From a virus (taxonomy: Duplodnaviria; Caudoviricetes), in IMG/VR virus record IMGVR_UViG_3300030098_004104, positions 1 through 37,882 of that record: a DNA stretch of 37,882 bases, one strand, 5' to 3'. This document shows positions 1-11,300 of the stretch, piece after piece. Every line of letters begins with the position of its first letter. The stretch's first letter is position 1. The notes beneath the pieces were generated by a model. It was not told the DNA's origin, searched no databases, and worked only from the letters and a program-made list of their open reading frames with translations. Made by a program: the position numbers and the translations under genes.

Positions 1-139
1 TGCCGAGCTTTAACCACCTGGGACTTGCCAGGTGCTAGCAGATCCCACGCTTGCTGTAGAGGCTCTTGGAACGTGGCTGCTGCAAACTTAGGGGCAAAGA
101 AGACCTTGCCGAGTATGCTGTTCACAGGACCAGCAGCCC
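1..139. repeat. Terminal direct repeat / circular overlap, left copy
   Basis: 1-139 matches 37744-37882 except C39/A37782 and A60/C37803. Confidence 0.97.
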
Positions 140-2990
140 GAGCAGGCAGGATTTGCTCAACCAGGTCGCCTCGTCCGGTTGCGATGTTGATGATTCTGGC
201 TAAAGCAGCGGCATCATCAGCACCGACGCGCCGCACGCCGTCCGCTGTCTGCACAACGCCAACGTCATCGGGCAGCAGGCTCTTCATCCAAAACGCGCCG
301 CCGTCTACGCGCGTCCAGTTGTCGAAGATCATAATACGCAACTGGTTGAGCATCGTGGCGTAGGTGCGCTCAGAGAAGCGGAGGATCTTACCGGCACCCC
401 TAGAAACAAGACCGCCACCAGCGAGAGCGTTGTTGACGAACATCTCCTCTCGCTTGTTTACGCCCGTGCCTCGCACCCCCTCTACGTCTGTAGTGAACAG
501 CCCAGACTTGTCTCCGTACTGCCCGACAGGGCTCTGCACCAGCTTCCGTTGCAGGTCGGCGGCGTAATCGGGGTCTAGGACAGACCTAAGCATCTTAACA
601 GCCGCCTTGGTTCCTAAGATTGGGTGCGCTTTAAACAGCTTGATGCCCTGCCTTCCGAAAGCAGAGAGATCGAGTGAGGCTTGGATTGCACGAGACATGT
701 TGAGAGCGTCAGTCGCCCTGGCGATCCAGCCAAGGTTAGCCGCAGCGTTCATCTCTGCGTTGGCGATTGCAGCCTCTCTGCTCGCGTCAGTCTGAGCGCG
801 CTTGGCCCTCTTGCGCTTCTTCTTAATCTCGTTGACGATCTTCTGCTTTTGCTTGTCTGGAAGCGCGAGAACAAGAGCGCGCTCTTCAGCTTGGTCGAGC
901 TTTAGGATCTCCTCGTCGAGCTTTTCAATGCGCTCCTGAGCCTTGGTCTTCCTTTCCTTGGCGTCGTTGAACTTAGTCTTAACCTTCTCCGCTTCATCGG
1001 GGGTAAGTTTGCCGCCCTTTTGCACCGTGGCAAGGTCTACGGCCTGGGCGTCTGTCATGTCTTCAAACATGGACACGTATGCCTGCCTAGCACGGCCAGC
1101 GCGACCCCACTCTGACCCGCTAACCTCAAGGGCGCTAAAGACCTCATCGAGCGCAGCCTCGGCCTCTTCCACTTTCTGCATGTGGTCTTTGTCTACGTTC
1201 TTTCGGGCTTTGCCGACCGCCGCGTGCGGCATAACTTGCTTCTCAGCGTCAGCCGTCTCCTTACGCATTGCTTTTGCGTACTCGGTTCGAGCAATGTCTA
1301 AGTCCTTCTCCCTGGCATACGCCACGAGGGTGGCAGCGAACTGTTGCCGGTCGGTGAGGATTCGCTCCCCTCGCCTAGCTTCGTCCAGCGCATCGAGCAG
1401 CCCAGGCTGCGGCATAAAGGTGTCAACCGAACTGCCGTCAGGCAGGACAACAGAGCCAAGCGTCACGAGGTCTTTGGCGTTGTCAAACGCCTGCGCGAGA
1501 GTGCGAGTTGCGGGGGTAGAGGTGTCCCCTTCAGGCAACCCAAGAAGCTGGCGCATAATCTTGGTGGCCTCGTGCTTGGCACCCCTGACGATTCGCTGCT
1601 TAGGAGCGCCGGTTTCAGCGCGAGCCGGAACGGGCGGCTGCTTTGGCTCAGGCTCGGCTCTTCTGTTGATCGCTTGGGCTTTCGACAGGACTTCTCTTTG
1701 GCTGAACTTAGGGAGGTTAGGGGCTGCGCTGGCGTCCTCAATCTCATCAGCCAGACCAGGGGTAGCCCCCTTGGCGTTGTCGAGCGCCTCTTGCGTCTCT
1801 TGTGCGCGCTCGGCATCTCTGGCTAGCCGAGCAGTCTCATCAATCTGGTGCTGCTCAACGGCGTCTACGGTGTCCTTCACCTCTTCGGCAAGCTCTTCGA
1901 TGGTCTTGTCCACCTTGCCGATCTTGCGCTCAGCCTTGGCCTTCTTGAGAGCCTGGTTGGCCTTGAGCAAACCACGACTCACAGAGCCCGGCACTTGGCC
2001 AGCTTTCTTCAGCGCAGAGAACGCGCCCTTGACCGCAGGCACAGCACCGAGAGACGCGACAGTGATGGCCGTGTCAATGGGCTCAGCGGCAGCGTATGCC
2101 GCTGGGTCTTGGGCCATAACATCCATGTCCACAGCCATCGCTCGGCCCATCTCTCTCGCCATCGGGGCAAAGGAGTCCCTTGCTTGGCGCTGGATGGTGG
2201 CCAAGTCTCCGCTCTCTCCAAGAACGGGGTCGCCCATTGCCAGGTCTGCGATGAAAGAAAAGGCGTCGTACAGATCAGAGGCGTCCTGCTGCACCGCGTC
2301 AGAGACAACGCGCTGGCTGCGCTTTTGAACGTCTGCCGTTCGGTCGCGCACCATGTTGGCGTACCAGGTGGGCTGCTTCTCTCTCAAGTAATCCACAGCG
2401 GCTTGGCTTGGGTTTACGTCAGGCCGAACCACGGGGGCACCACCGAGGGCTGCGCCGCCCATCATCGCGCCTGCACGCGTGAAGACAGATCGGCCTGCCT
2501 CTAAGCCCGCCTCGAAGAAGCCCGGCGCGCCTTCTGTTGCAAGGGCCTGCAACCTTCCTGACACAACCCTTTCGGCAGCGCGCTCTTGTTGCCCAGCGGC
2601 CTCCCTGAACAGTCCCCTTTGTTGAGATGGCGTAGCATCTGAAGGCCCAATCACAGCCTGCCGAGGCACCTGCCCAGGAAGAACCTCCTGCTCTACGCCC
2701 GGGAAGCCGACCTTTCGGAAGGTAGGTACGCGCGCCCTAGCGACTCGCTCGCGCTCGGCTATGTCAGCCTCTTCCTGGGTGGGCATCCCGGTGATTAGCC
2801 CAGAGATGGTCTGGGCAACGGCCTGTCCTCTTTCCTGTTGCGCCCCATCAAGAGGCTCGGGCTCGGGCGCAGGTGGCGCTTTAGAAGGCGAAGACGCAAA
2901 GATCTCCTCCAACTCTGCCTCTGTCGGAGGGGAGTCGCCAACAAGCTCAAAGACTCTGCCGTCAGGGTGTATGACTTCGTAGGTTGGCAT
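1..2990 (-). CDS. Large internal virion / DNA-ejection-like protein, N-terminal part; continues through the junction to 37146 (~1195 aa total)
   Basis: ATG at 2990 gives MPTYEVIHPDGRVFELVGDSPPTEAELEEIFAS...; absent from the ORF track, consistent with running off the window edge; same frame as 37146..37868 after subtracting 37743; Ala/Glu/Lys-rich; last and largest of three ORFs after the tail genes. Confidence 0.75.
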   Translation of the reverse strand, partial: MPTYEVIHPDGRVFELVGDSPPTEAELEEIFASSPSKAPPAPEPEPLDGAQQERGQAVAQTISGLITGMPTQEEADIAERERVARARVPTFRKVGFPGVEQEVLPGQVPRQAVIGPSDATPSQQRGLFREAAGQQERAAERVVSGRLQALATEGAPGFFEAGLEAGRSVFTRAGAMMGGAALGGAPVVRPDVNPSQAAVDYLREKQPTWYANMVRDRTADVQKRSQRVVSDAVQQDASDLYDAFSFIADLAMGDPVLGESGDLATIQRQARDSFAPMAREMGRAMAVDMDVMAQDPAAYAAAEPIDTAITVASLGAVPAVKGAFSALKKAGQVPGSVSRGLLKANQALKKAKAERKIGKVDKTIEELAEEVKDTVDAVEQHQIDETARLARDAERAQETQEALDNAKGATPGLADEIEDASAAPNLPKFSQREVLSKAQAINRRAEPEPKQPPVPARAETGAPKQRIVRGAKHEATKIMRQLLGLPEGDTSTPATRTLAQAFDNAKDLVTLGSVVLPDGSSVDTFMPQPGLLDALDEARRGERILTDRQQFAATLVAYAREKDLDIARTEYAKAMRKETADAEKQVMPHAAVGKARKNVDKDHMQKVEEAEAALDEVFSALEVSGSEWGRAGRARQAYVSMFEDMTDAQAVDLATVQKGGKLTPDEAEKVKTKFNDAKERKTKAQERIEKLDEEILKLDQAEERALVLALPDKQKQKIVNEIKKKRKRAKRAQTDASREAAIANAEMNAAANLGWIARATDALNMSRAIQASLDLSAFGRQGIKLFKAHPILGTKAAVKMLRSVLDPDYAADLQRKLVQSPVGQYGDKSGLFTTDVEGVRGTGVNKREEMFVNNALAGGGLVSRGAGKILRFSERTYATMLNQLRIMIFDNWTRVDGGAFWMKSLLPDDVGVVQTADGVRRVGADDAAALARIINIATGRGDLVEQILPARAAGPVNSILGKVFFAPKFAAATFQEPLQQAWDLLAPGKSQVVKAR

Positions 2991-3002
2991 TTAGTTCTCT
3001 GC

Positions 3003-4427
3003 CTACTTCTCTGTCACTATAAACCGGCCCGTCTTCTTGGCCGGTCGGCTCTTCCGTGCTTTCGCAATGGCAGCGTCGAGTATATCAAGCTGTGCCTTTT
3101 GCGTGGGGGTCATAACCGGGAGCTTGCCGTCAACCTCGACCAGCCCCTCTTTAACAAAGAAGTCACTCCGCGCTTTGACCGCCTTTTCAAATTCTTCTTC
3201 GGCCTTTTCAGCCTCTCTGGCCTTGGCCGTTTCTTGGCGCTTCTCGGCCCTCTCTTCCGCAGTCTCTTCTTTGTTCTCTTGACCAGCAGTGCCGCGCTCT
3301 GTCTGGGTAAGCTGAGTGCCGATCTTGGTCAGGATACGTTGGACGTTTTTCTGCGCCCTAGACCCGCTTCTTAGCCTGCTAGACAGGTACTGCAACTGAG
3401 AGATAGCCCCGTTGGGGTCGCTTCCGTAAGTAATGGTCAGCGTCTCTCCGTCGCCAATCTCAACGACTTGGTCCTGCCGTTCCGTGGTGGGCTTTCGCCA
3501 CTCATCCATCTTGAACTGGTTTTTAAAGTCGGCTTCGCTCGTGCTTGGCTTAAAGGTACGGCCAGCCTTGTCGAGCTTCTCCCGGTCTTTTTCTTTCATC
3601 CTAGCGAGCCGCCCCTTGGCGATCTGAAGATTGACCTCCCGCAACTCGTCAGGCTCCCTGCCCTCTCGCAGCAGGCGCAGGGTCTGCATCATCTCGTTGC
3701 GCGCGTCGCGCACGGTGAGGCCCTCACGAATATACGTCGGGTCATTCTCAACCGCGTCTTCCAACGCCATCCATGCGTCTCGAACCACCTCGTTGGGAAG
3801 CTGGCCGTGGTTTTGGTAGTAGTCCAGCACCGCGCCAGTCACGTCGCCCACGGTCTTAATGCCAAGCTCCTCAAGCTGGCCGCGCCGTGCCTCTCGCTCA
3901 GCCTGTGCGGTGCGCTGGCGCTCAAGGAGTGGAGCCCACAAGCCAGCCCTTTCCTCTGCCTGCATTTCTTGGGAAATTGCCGCCTCTTGTTGCTGAAGCT
4001 CTGTGGGCGCTTGGCCTGGCGGCAACTGCTCTGCCGGGACTTCTCCAAGCGAAGACGCTAGGCGTGGACCCGCGCCGGTGATTGCAGGGTCTACGCCGGT
4101 GCCCATTGGGGCGAGTGCTCGCATTGCAGAAGGGTCGCCAGCCAAAGCCGCTTGCGTAACCCCCGCCATCTGCTGCTCAACGCTGGGCTCAACAGGCCCC
4201 TGTGGCATCCCGGCCTCTTTCAACCGGCTCTCTGCCATCTGCGCCTGAATCTCTCGAACACCACGAGCGGCCAGCCCCTCTTTAGAGCCAAGAGCCTCAG
4301 CGAGACGCACCCAAGCAAGAAGCTGGTTGGGGTCTTTGTACCAGTCCTTCTCTTGCTGCGGCTGGCGCATGGCAGCGATTTGCGTGCGCTGTGGCCTCTG
4401 CGAGCCTGGGAACCTAATGCGAGCCAT
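3003..4427 (-). CDS. Putative internal virion / ejection protein (474 aa)
   Basis: Q/E/A/R-rich helical ORF between tail genes and the giant ORF, the usual podovirus ejection-protein position. Confidence 0.55.
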   Translation of the reverse strand: MARIRFPGSQRPQRTQIAAMRQPQQEKDWYKDPNQLLAWVRLAEALGSKEGLAARGVREIQAQMAESRLKEAGMPQGPVEPSVEQQMAGVTQAALAGDPSAMRALAPMGTGVDPAITGAGPRLASSLGEVPAEQLPPGQAPTELQQQEAAISQEMQAEERAGLWAPLLERQRTAQAEREARRGQLEELGIKTVGDVTGAVLDYYQNHGQLPNEVVRDAWMALEDAVENDPTYIREGLTVRDARNEMMQTLRLLREGREPDELREVNLQIAKGRLARMKEKDREKLDKAGRTFKPSTSEADFKNQFKMDEWRKPTTERQDQVVEIGDGETLTITYGSDPNGAISQLQYLSSRLRSGSRAQKNVQRILTKIGTQLTQTERGTAGQENKEETAEERAEKRQETAKAREAEKAEEEFEKAVKARSDFFVKEGLVEVDGKLPVMTPTQKAQLDILDAAIAKARKSRPAKKTGRFIVTEK

Positions 4428-4436
4428 CTGCGCCTC

Positions 4437-5075
4437 CTATGCGGGCCTTTCTTGGCTGGTCATCATCGGCAGATTGAAGCCAAACCGCTGGATAATTCTG
4501 TTAACACCTTCCGGGCTTCCGTATGCGCGTGCCTGTGCAAGCCATGCGTTTCTCTCCGCAGAGGTCTGTGCAGTCGAGGCGTTCTGCAACGCGAACTGGA
4601 TGCGGCGGTCTGCATCGCCAATGCCCTGGGCGTACTGCGTCATCTGGAGCGGGATGTCGGCAACTCGCTGCTGAGCAGCCTCTCCGACCCCAGCTTGGCC
4701 AAGCATGGTTTCTGCTGCTGTGCTTCGAGCGCCAGCCAGTGCAGACGCTGACTGCAAGTCAAACGCTCCCATGCGCGCAGCGCCCTCAAGGGCTCCCTGC
4801 TGAGCGGCATAAGCACGGCCACCGCCAAACACGCCGCCTGCTGGCATCGCAAACGCGGTGCCTCTAGCGGCCTCTTGTGCGATAGACCTGCGGCCTGCGC
4901 GGCGAGCAGACTCTAGGATCCCAACGTTCTCTTGGGCAGTCTTTACAGCTTGCTGCGCTGCTTGGGCCATAGTGGGCGCGTCAGTCTGCGCGGGAGTGAG
5001 CCCTGCTCCTGCGAAAACGGGCTCGTCCTCATCATCTGGGACAAACCCAATGCCAATGCTTGAACCGGTAGCCAT
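4437..5075 (-). CDS. Putative internal virion / ejection protein (212 aa)
   Basis: Ala/Gly/Gln-rich helical ORF; AGGAG RBS upstream; synteny. Confidence 0.55.
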   Translation of the reverse strand: MATGSSIGIGFVPDDEDEPVFAGAGLTPAQTDAPTMAQAAQQAVKTAQENVGILESARRAGRRSIAQEAARGTAFAMPAGGVFGGGRAYAAQQGALEGAARMGAFDLQSASALAGARSTAAETMLGQAGVGEAAQQRVADIPLQMTQYAQGIGDADRRIQFALQNASTAQTSAERNAWLAQARAYGSPEGVNRIIQRFGFNLPMMTSQERPA

Positions 5076-5084
5076 GCCTGTCTC

Positions 5085-6929
5085 CTAGCAAAGATGCTTC
5101 TTGCCAATAATATATACGAAGTGGCCCCCATAGCCCGAGATAACGGACCCGGTTGCCAAGTTGTTTAGTCCAGCCGTGTCGCTGATCTTCATGCGGACCT
5201 CAAGGAACTGCTCTTGCCCCTCTTTAATTGGAGCCGCTGGCGACCCCGTGCTCATCACGTTATTGCGCTGCTGGTTTAGCGTCCATGTGCGGGAAGCAAA
5301 GAACGGCTTGCCCTGCATGAAGTAGCCCGCACCCGTGGTCACGCCGTCTGTAACGATCGGCACCTGATGAAGCTCCCAGTCCCAGGCATTGCGTTGGCTT
5401 TCGCTAAACGTCGTAAGCACAGAGCCCTGGCGCAAGACAGAGCGGCGTCGGTACTTAATCCTGTCAATGTTCGCGTATCTCCACGAAGCAGAAGGTATGT
5501 TTGTTGCGCTTGAGGTGTCGGTCGGGCCTCTAAGTATAAGCCTGGCCACTTGGTTGTAACCCCAGCCGTCAGACCGCAGCCCGGTGCCAATGGCCACGCC
5601 CAGGTCGCCTTCAAAGGTGGCGGTGTTTGGGATCTGCTGACTGGCGGGCACGGTCAAGCCAGTCCTTGGAAAAAACGCTGACCAGTTCCAAGCAAGCACC
5701 ACATGGTGCACAGAGATGGGGTACGACAGCGGTATGATACGGCGGTCCCACACCTGAGTTTGGTTGCCGCCTGACGTTACAACGTAGGGCTCGCTGGCGA
5801 TGTCGTCTTCTAAGATGCCGCCGTTAACACGGTTGTTAAACAGGGGCACCGTAATGACCTCATACCCAGCGTCTTCTTGGAGTTCTTCCAAGCCAGGCCG
5901 CATAGCGTACTCGTCGTATCCACCCTTGAGCTTGTCCTTAAACACCTTATCAATGGTGGCCATCTCGTTAGACACGCCGCCCGCTTGGTCAGCAGTGATG
6001 ATCGACCCAGCCGCTGGCTCTGTAATGGTGATAGACGCACCAGCCGCCGCCCTGGTCCCTTTTGCCCCACGGTTGTTCTGCGTGGTGTTGTCAGGAAGGT
6101 TTTGAATGTCAGCGCCCATGTCTCTAGTTACAAGCGGGTGTCGGAACCGAAGAGACGCTTGGACGCTAGGCATGCACAGCGTTTTGTCTGCTCCTGAAGA
6201 TGGCTTAACAAGTCCTGGGGCCTCAATAACCAGCATGTAAGTTGAGTATGGGTTAATTGACTTGTTGATATCGGTTACAACAAACGGGTTGAGCCGCACG
6301 TCTGGGTCTAAGAAGAACGTGTTGGGCACGTCGATGCCGAACACTTCTTTCTGAATTTCCACGTTCTCAACGTCGTAGGCGTTAGGGTAGCCCACCGTAG
6401 AGAACCTCATGGGTGCCTTTTCTCGGAGCGAGATCCTGAGATTAAGATCAACCGAGCCATCAAACGTCATCTTGCCGGTGTCGCCAGACTCGCCGTCTCT
6501 GTCGGCTGAGCCATCGGTGTCGCCGTAGAACTGGTCAGCGATTGCCGCGTTTTCAGCCCGCTGCCCGAAAGATAACGAAAACTCATCGAGCATAATCCTG
6601 GGAGTGGTGTCGGTGATGTTGGGACCAAACTCTCCAGTGCTGCCAGTGGTTGCAGTGGTTACGTCAAAAAACTCCTGCAAAGGGGGCAGCGTAAAAGGAA
6701 CCCCAAACGATGCTTGGTCTTCATCGTCGTGGATATCGCTGGCTAGATAAGGAACGTGTAGGTTGACCCTGAATGGCGCGCTGGGTGTTTCTAGCTGGTC
6801 TACTCCGATACTGGACTGGTTAATCTGATAAGCAGCGCCTGTCGCCGCGCCGTCTGTCAACGGGTCAAACAGGTGGTCTGGTGTGAGCTTGGTGCCGCGA
6901 GCTAGCCTCTTTCTGTCGATCTTACTCAC
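5085..6929 (-). CDS. Putative tail/virion structural protein (614 aa)
   Basis: Beta-rich T/G/S/D composition; start overlaps upstream stop; tail module. Confidence 0.55.
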   Translation of the reverse strand: MSKIDRKRLARGTKLTPDHLFDPLTDGAATGAAYQINQSSIGVDQLETPSAPFRVNLHVPYLASDIHDDEDQASFGVPFTLPPLQEFFDVTTATTGSTGEFGPNITDTTPRIMLDEFSLSFGQRAENAAIADQFYGDTDGSADRDGESGDTGKMTFDGSVDLNLRISLREKAPMRFSTVGYPNAYDVENVEIQKEVFGIDVPNTFFLDPDVRLNPFVVTDINKSINPYSTYMLVIEAPGLVKPSSGADKTLCMPSVQASLRFRHPLVTRDMGADIQNLPDNTTQNNRGAKGTRAAAGASITITEPAAGSIITADQAGGVSNEMATIDKVFKDKLKGGYDEYAMRPGLEELQEDAGYEVITVPLFNNRVNGGILEDDIASEPYVVTSGGNQTQVWDRRIIPLSYPISVHHVVLAWNWSAFFPRTGLTVPASQQIPNTATFEGDLGVAIGTGLRSDGWGYNQVARLILRGPTDTSSATNIPSASWRYANIDRIKYRRRSVLRQGSVLTTFSESQRNAWDWELHQVPIVTDGVTTGAGYFMQGKPFFASRTWTLNQQRNNVMSTGSPAAPIKEGQEQFLEVRMKISDTAGLNNLATGSVISGYGGHFVYIIGKKHLC

Positions 6930-7786
6930 TGCTCCACCTCTTCGAGCATCGTAAACACCACCTCAAAGCCGTTCTGCGCCCAGGGGTTCGTGTCGCCCCA
7001 GCCGCCGTTGTTTGCGTTTGAGTAGTCAGGGATTACACAGTCAATACGGACCCTGCTGTCTCTTGGGATTGGGATGTTCGCGTTTCTAATTGGCATAAAC
7101 ACGCCCTGAATATCTACCCAAGGAGGGGAAGAAGGGGCCATGTCTCCAGCGACCGAGCTAATCAAGATCCCGTTCGTCCATTCGCGAGCCAGGTTTACCG
7201 CTGAGCGCAGCACCACGGGATTGTTTTGTGTTCGGTCTTCAGGCGCAAACGGGCTGTCTACGTGGATTACAAACGCAAAGTCTCTGTTGCCTTCGCTTTG
7301 AACGGTCCCTTCTGGAGGGGTAGAGCCGTATTTAAAGGTGTTGCGGAACTCGCTGGCATCAATCTGCATCCTCAAAAAGATGTCTTGCAAAACGCCCGGC
7401 TTATGAAAGTAGAAAGACGTAGACCATGTGTAGTGAATGGCGTCGCCGCCCGCAGTAAACTCTTCTCCTGGCGCTCCAATGGTAGAGTACCCCTTGGTTC
7501 TGTACGTGTTGCTAATGGAGTCAGGAAGCGTTCCAACAACATTGGCGGTATCAGCCACGTTCTTAGAGCGAAGCCACGGCCAGTGGTGCTTAGCGGCCTG
7601 CTTGTGAGGCGTCCACCCAGCGACGTATTGCGTTTGAACAAACCTGTGCTTTAGGTCGCCAAGAGGCACGCTGTTGAAGCGGTCCTTAATGTCCTCCATC
7701 GCATCGTCAAGACGGTTGCCGTCAATGGTTGTGCCATCAGCAAACTGCTCGTCTGTCATGTGCCTGGGGTGCTTACGCCACGCCAT
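6926..7786 (-). CDS. Putative tail/virion structural protein (286 aa)
   Basis: Coupled ORF in tail module; N-terminal FADGTTIDGNRLDD resembles tail-appendage anchor segments. Confidence 0.5.
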   Translation of the reverse strand: MAWRKHPRHMTDEQFADGTTIDGNRLDDAMEDIKDRFNSVPLGDLKHRFVQTQYVAGWTPHKQAAKHHWPWLRSKNVADTANVVGTLPDSISNTYRTKGYSTIGAPGEEFTAGGDAIHYTWSTSFYFHKPGVLQDIFLRMQIDASEFRNTFKYGSTPPEGTVQSEGNRDFAFVIHVDSPFAPEDRTQNNPVVLRSAVNLAREWTNGILISSVAGDMAPSSPPWVDIQGVFMPIRNANIPIPRDSRVRIDCVIPDYSNANNGGWGDTNPWAQNGFEVVFTMLEEVEQ

Positions 7787-8382
7787 TACAGTGTCCCCGT
7801 GGAAGTAACGTTAACGAACGCAGAGCCAGTAAGATTAAGCGACCCAATAACCTGAACGTCGCCCGCCGCGTTTGCAGGGTCGTTCAATACCGGAGAGGCC
7901 GTTCCAGGCCCTCCCTTAAAGATACATCCGATAATGATGGCTTGGCTTCCCTCTGCTACCGACACCATCACGCTTGTGTCTAGGCCCTTGTTCTTGTTGA
8001 AGGTGCAGTTTCTAATGACCGCCTTAACGGGGCTGTCTTTGCGCCCAACGACAACGTGCTCAGTGTGGTTTGTGTTGCTAGAGTCGAAGTAGATGCCATC
8101 AATCACAGCGTTCGCATGGACTTCAATCTTCCCCACCACAGAGGATGAGCCTGTGCCGCCACGGAGCAGCGTCGCGTCGCGCTCTAACACAGCCCCGCCG
8201 TACTCGCCCCCGCTAAGGGTGATCAGGTTGTTGTCGATCTGCGGCTCTTGGATTGGAGAGCCCGAGCTTGTCAGGTCTAGCGAATACAGAAGCTGACGGT
8301 TCTGGTCGCGAATGTCCTTGTTCTCGACTTCAGTTTCTGTCCGAAACGACTGCGGCACGTAGTATTCAAGAACGTTTGGCAT
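7786..8382 (-). CDS. Putative beta-helix (pectin-lyase-like) tail protein (198 aa)
   Basis: Repeated VIDGIYF / VIRNCTF / IIIGCIF segments typical of right-handed beta-helix rungs. Confidence 0.45.
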   Translation of the reverse strand: MPNVLEYYVPQSFRTETEVENKDIRDQNRQLLYSLDLTSSGSPIQEPQIDNNLITLSGGEYGGAVLERDATLLRGGTGSSSVVGKIEVHANAVIDGIYFDSSNTNHTEHVVVGRKDSPVKAVIRNCTFNKNKGLDTSVMVSVAEGSQAIIIGCIFKGGPGTASPVLNDPANAAGDVQVIGSLNLTGSAFVNVTSTGTL

Positions 8383-11300
8383 CAGCGACCTCGCCTTCTG
8401 CGGTTGCTGACAACCCGAAACACAGCCTTAACAGAAGAAAGCAAAATTGATTGAGCCCTGTTTTGCATGTGCCCAAAAAGCATGTAAGAGAACGAGTCGC
8501 CTTTTACCGAGTCGCTGGTTGCTATTGTAGACGACTCTTCGTCGTCGATCAGAAAGTTTCCTGTGCCCGCAGAAGCGGTGCTTCCATACGTTGGGTTTGA
8601 GGTGGCTGAGTCCCCGCTAGATGCAAACACCCTGTCTACAAGCGCGGCGTTTGTGGTTGGCTGAACCCTTGTCCTGATGTTGTTCTTAGACGCAATCTTA
8701 TCAATTGAGGTCGGCTGGCTCATTGTGCTGCTAGCCGCTTCGCCTGAATAATCGATGATCTGAGAAGTCCAACCCTTCTGGTCTACCGACGCCAGGGTGT
8801 TGTAGGTGCCCCAAACCCAGATAGGCTCTAGCTTGTCCGTGCCGTCACCGTGCGACTTCATGCGGCTGTAAAGGCCTCGGCTTTTAACTCGCACCGCGTC
8901 ATCAAGCCCAACGTGCGCGCTCTTGTAGGCCCAGTCTACGGGCTGCGCCATCTTGTCCTTAGACCGCATGGCTCCCGTAGCCATGTACTGCTCCCAAGCG
9001 TACACAGCAGGGATAACGTCGGAAGAAGATCCGAGGTTACTTTTTAACGCGCAGTCTACTCCTGTAATGTGCATGCCGCCGTAGGTGCCGTCTCCTGTGA
9101 TGTACATGGGTATGTAGATAACCATGTCGCGCTTTCCGTCTGAGATATTCATTTTCCCGTAGGTAGATGCCGCCGAACCAGCAGAGTCAAAATAAATAGA
9201 GACGTGATCACCCGTTGTAGAAGCGGCCCCTCCCGAAGTCTCAAGGCGCACTTTGCCAGAGCCACCAGTGTAGCCCCCTGCACTGTCGAGCCTTTCTGGA
9301 GGAAGAATAAAGTCGATAAGAGCCGTGCTTGACGCTGCACCGACATTAAAAACAGGGCTCCAGTAAGTGCTGTCGAACTCAAAGTTTAGCAAGAGGTCAT
9401 CAAGAACCCCCGTGCCCGTACTAGCTGACGCAGACCCAGAACAGCCGCCGCCACAAAAAGCACCAAACTCGCTCCACTTGACCGCGATCTGAATAGGAAG
9501 AAGCACCATGCGAAGATTGGCGTCGTCAGGAATAGGGGGGCAGTTGCCAGGAGTCGCCGTAGCGCCCTTCTTGTTTCCGCTCGGGAACACAAACTCTTGG
9601 GGCAACTCAATCCAGGGCATAATGTAGACAGCGGCGTTGTGGTTAAACGGCTGGTTGCTTCCAAGAAATCCCTGATTAGGAAGTTGCAAGTAGCGGCCAG
9701 CAAACTGCCTGCTGTCTTCCCGGCCTGGCGCGTTGAGGTGGTTGGTGTCCCACTCGTCCTGGCTGCGATCAATGGCTCCGCCACGCCCGTACTGGAGGAT
9801 GTAGTAAGACTTAGAGATCGTGTCGTCATCCAAAGAGGTCGCGTCGGCAAGCGTCTCTTTGTCCATGCCACCAATAAGCCAAAGGTCTGTAGTGCTAGAC
9901 ACAAGCCAGGGAAAGGTGATGTTTCCGTCTGGGTTGTCGGTGTCATCTCCACTTGCAACGCCAGGAACAGGGCGAGAGATGGCGCTCTTTTTGACAACAG
10001 AGGTGTATGACCACACCGACCACTGGCCTTCTGCGTAGCACAGAGACAGGTTTTGGCCAGGAACTGTCATAAGCACAGCGCCTAAGAAGGGGCAGTACTC
10101 AACATTAAGCCCAGTGGTATCCATGCGGATATGCGTCTGGGGCTGCTGAAACGCCAAATCCGTGTAGCCGGTGCTGCTCTCTGTGTAGAACGACGTAAAC
10201 GGGTTGCTGATAGAGTCGGTGAAGAACCGGTCTAAGCCTTGGCTAGCCTTGGCGATGTTTAAATCAGCGCCCATCAAATAAGCGCCGTTAGCGTCAGCCC
10301 AAAACAGCGCCTCTTCTACGCGAGTAACAGCGGACGGCGAAGCGCACCCAGTGCTTTCTGTCACACGGCGGAGAACGCCAGAGCTAGCCAGAAACTCGTT
10401 AGAGGGGCGGTAATACCAAGTCTCGGAATCAGTGAACACTACAACGCCAGAGCCAAGCTCAGCGATGGCTGTGATCTCACCGTCGCAAGAAATGTCTACC
10501 GTGTTCGCCTTAACCACGCTGGTTGGGTACCCTTCATCAGAAAAGAACAGCGTGCGCCCAGATGCGTACACAACGCGATTCCCAACCTTAGTGGCGGCTG
10601 TGGCTGACGGGAAGTCAGTTGTGTTGAAGTAGACAAACGCCTTTTTAGACGGGCCAGGAACCATAGGGGCTCGACGGATGACAGCCGTCTCAGAGTAAGG
10701 CTCTGCCCACTCGTGAAAGAACACGTCGTCTAGGCCCTTTCTGCGGTTGCCACGGAACGTGCAAGGGATGTAGGCAACAGTGCCCATCATTGGTGTTCCA
10801 AAATACAGAACGTCCGCATACTCAACAAAGAACGGGCTGTCAGAAGACTCCAACAAAGCCGATTCTCTGCGCTTGCCCGCTTGCTTGGACGCCGCTTGGG
10901 CGCTTAGCCACGACTGGTATGACTTGTCTTGGCATGTTTCGTATACGCCGTGCCACTCGGGAGGGTCAAAGGTTACAGCCATCTGCGTCTCGTTGCGCGC
11001 GTTCTCGCACGTCTGAACGAAGACCGGCTCTTCCCACCTGTCGCCCGTGGTCACGTCGTATATGCTGACCAGATACAGGAAGTGGATTTGCTCTTTAACC
11101 GGGCCAAGAGTAGTGGAGCACTTACCAACCAGCAGAGACACGATCTGCTCATGCCCAAAGTTGGTCTGCATATAGTAAGAGCCAAGGTGGCGCTGGTAGC
11201 CCCAGTCTACAGCGGTAGCCGAAGGCACGTTGCGGCTCATCGAGGTGTCGAACTGGTCAAGCTGACCAAACCCCTTTCGGACACGCCAAGCCCCGTTTCG

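Noticed and set aside
943-2328. 461-aa plus-strand ORF
   Set aside because: Antisense shadow of the giant minus-strand gene; Ser/Ala/Leu-rich with no motifs
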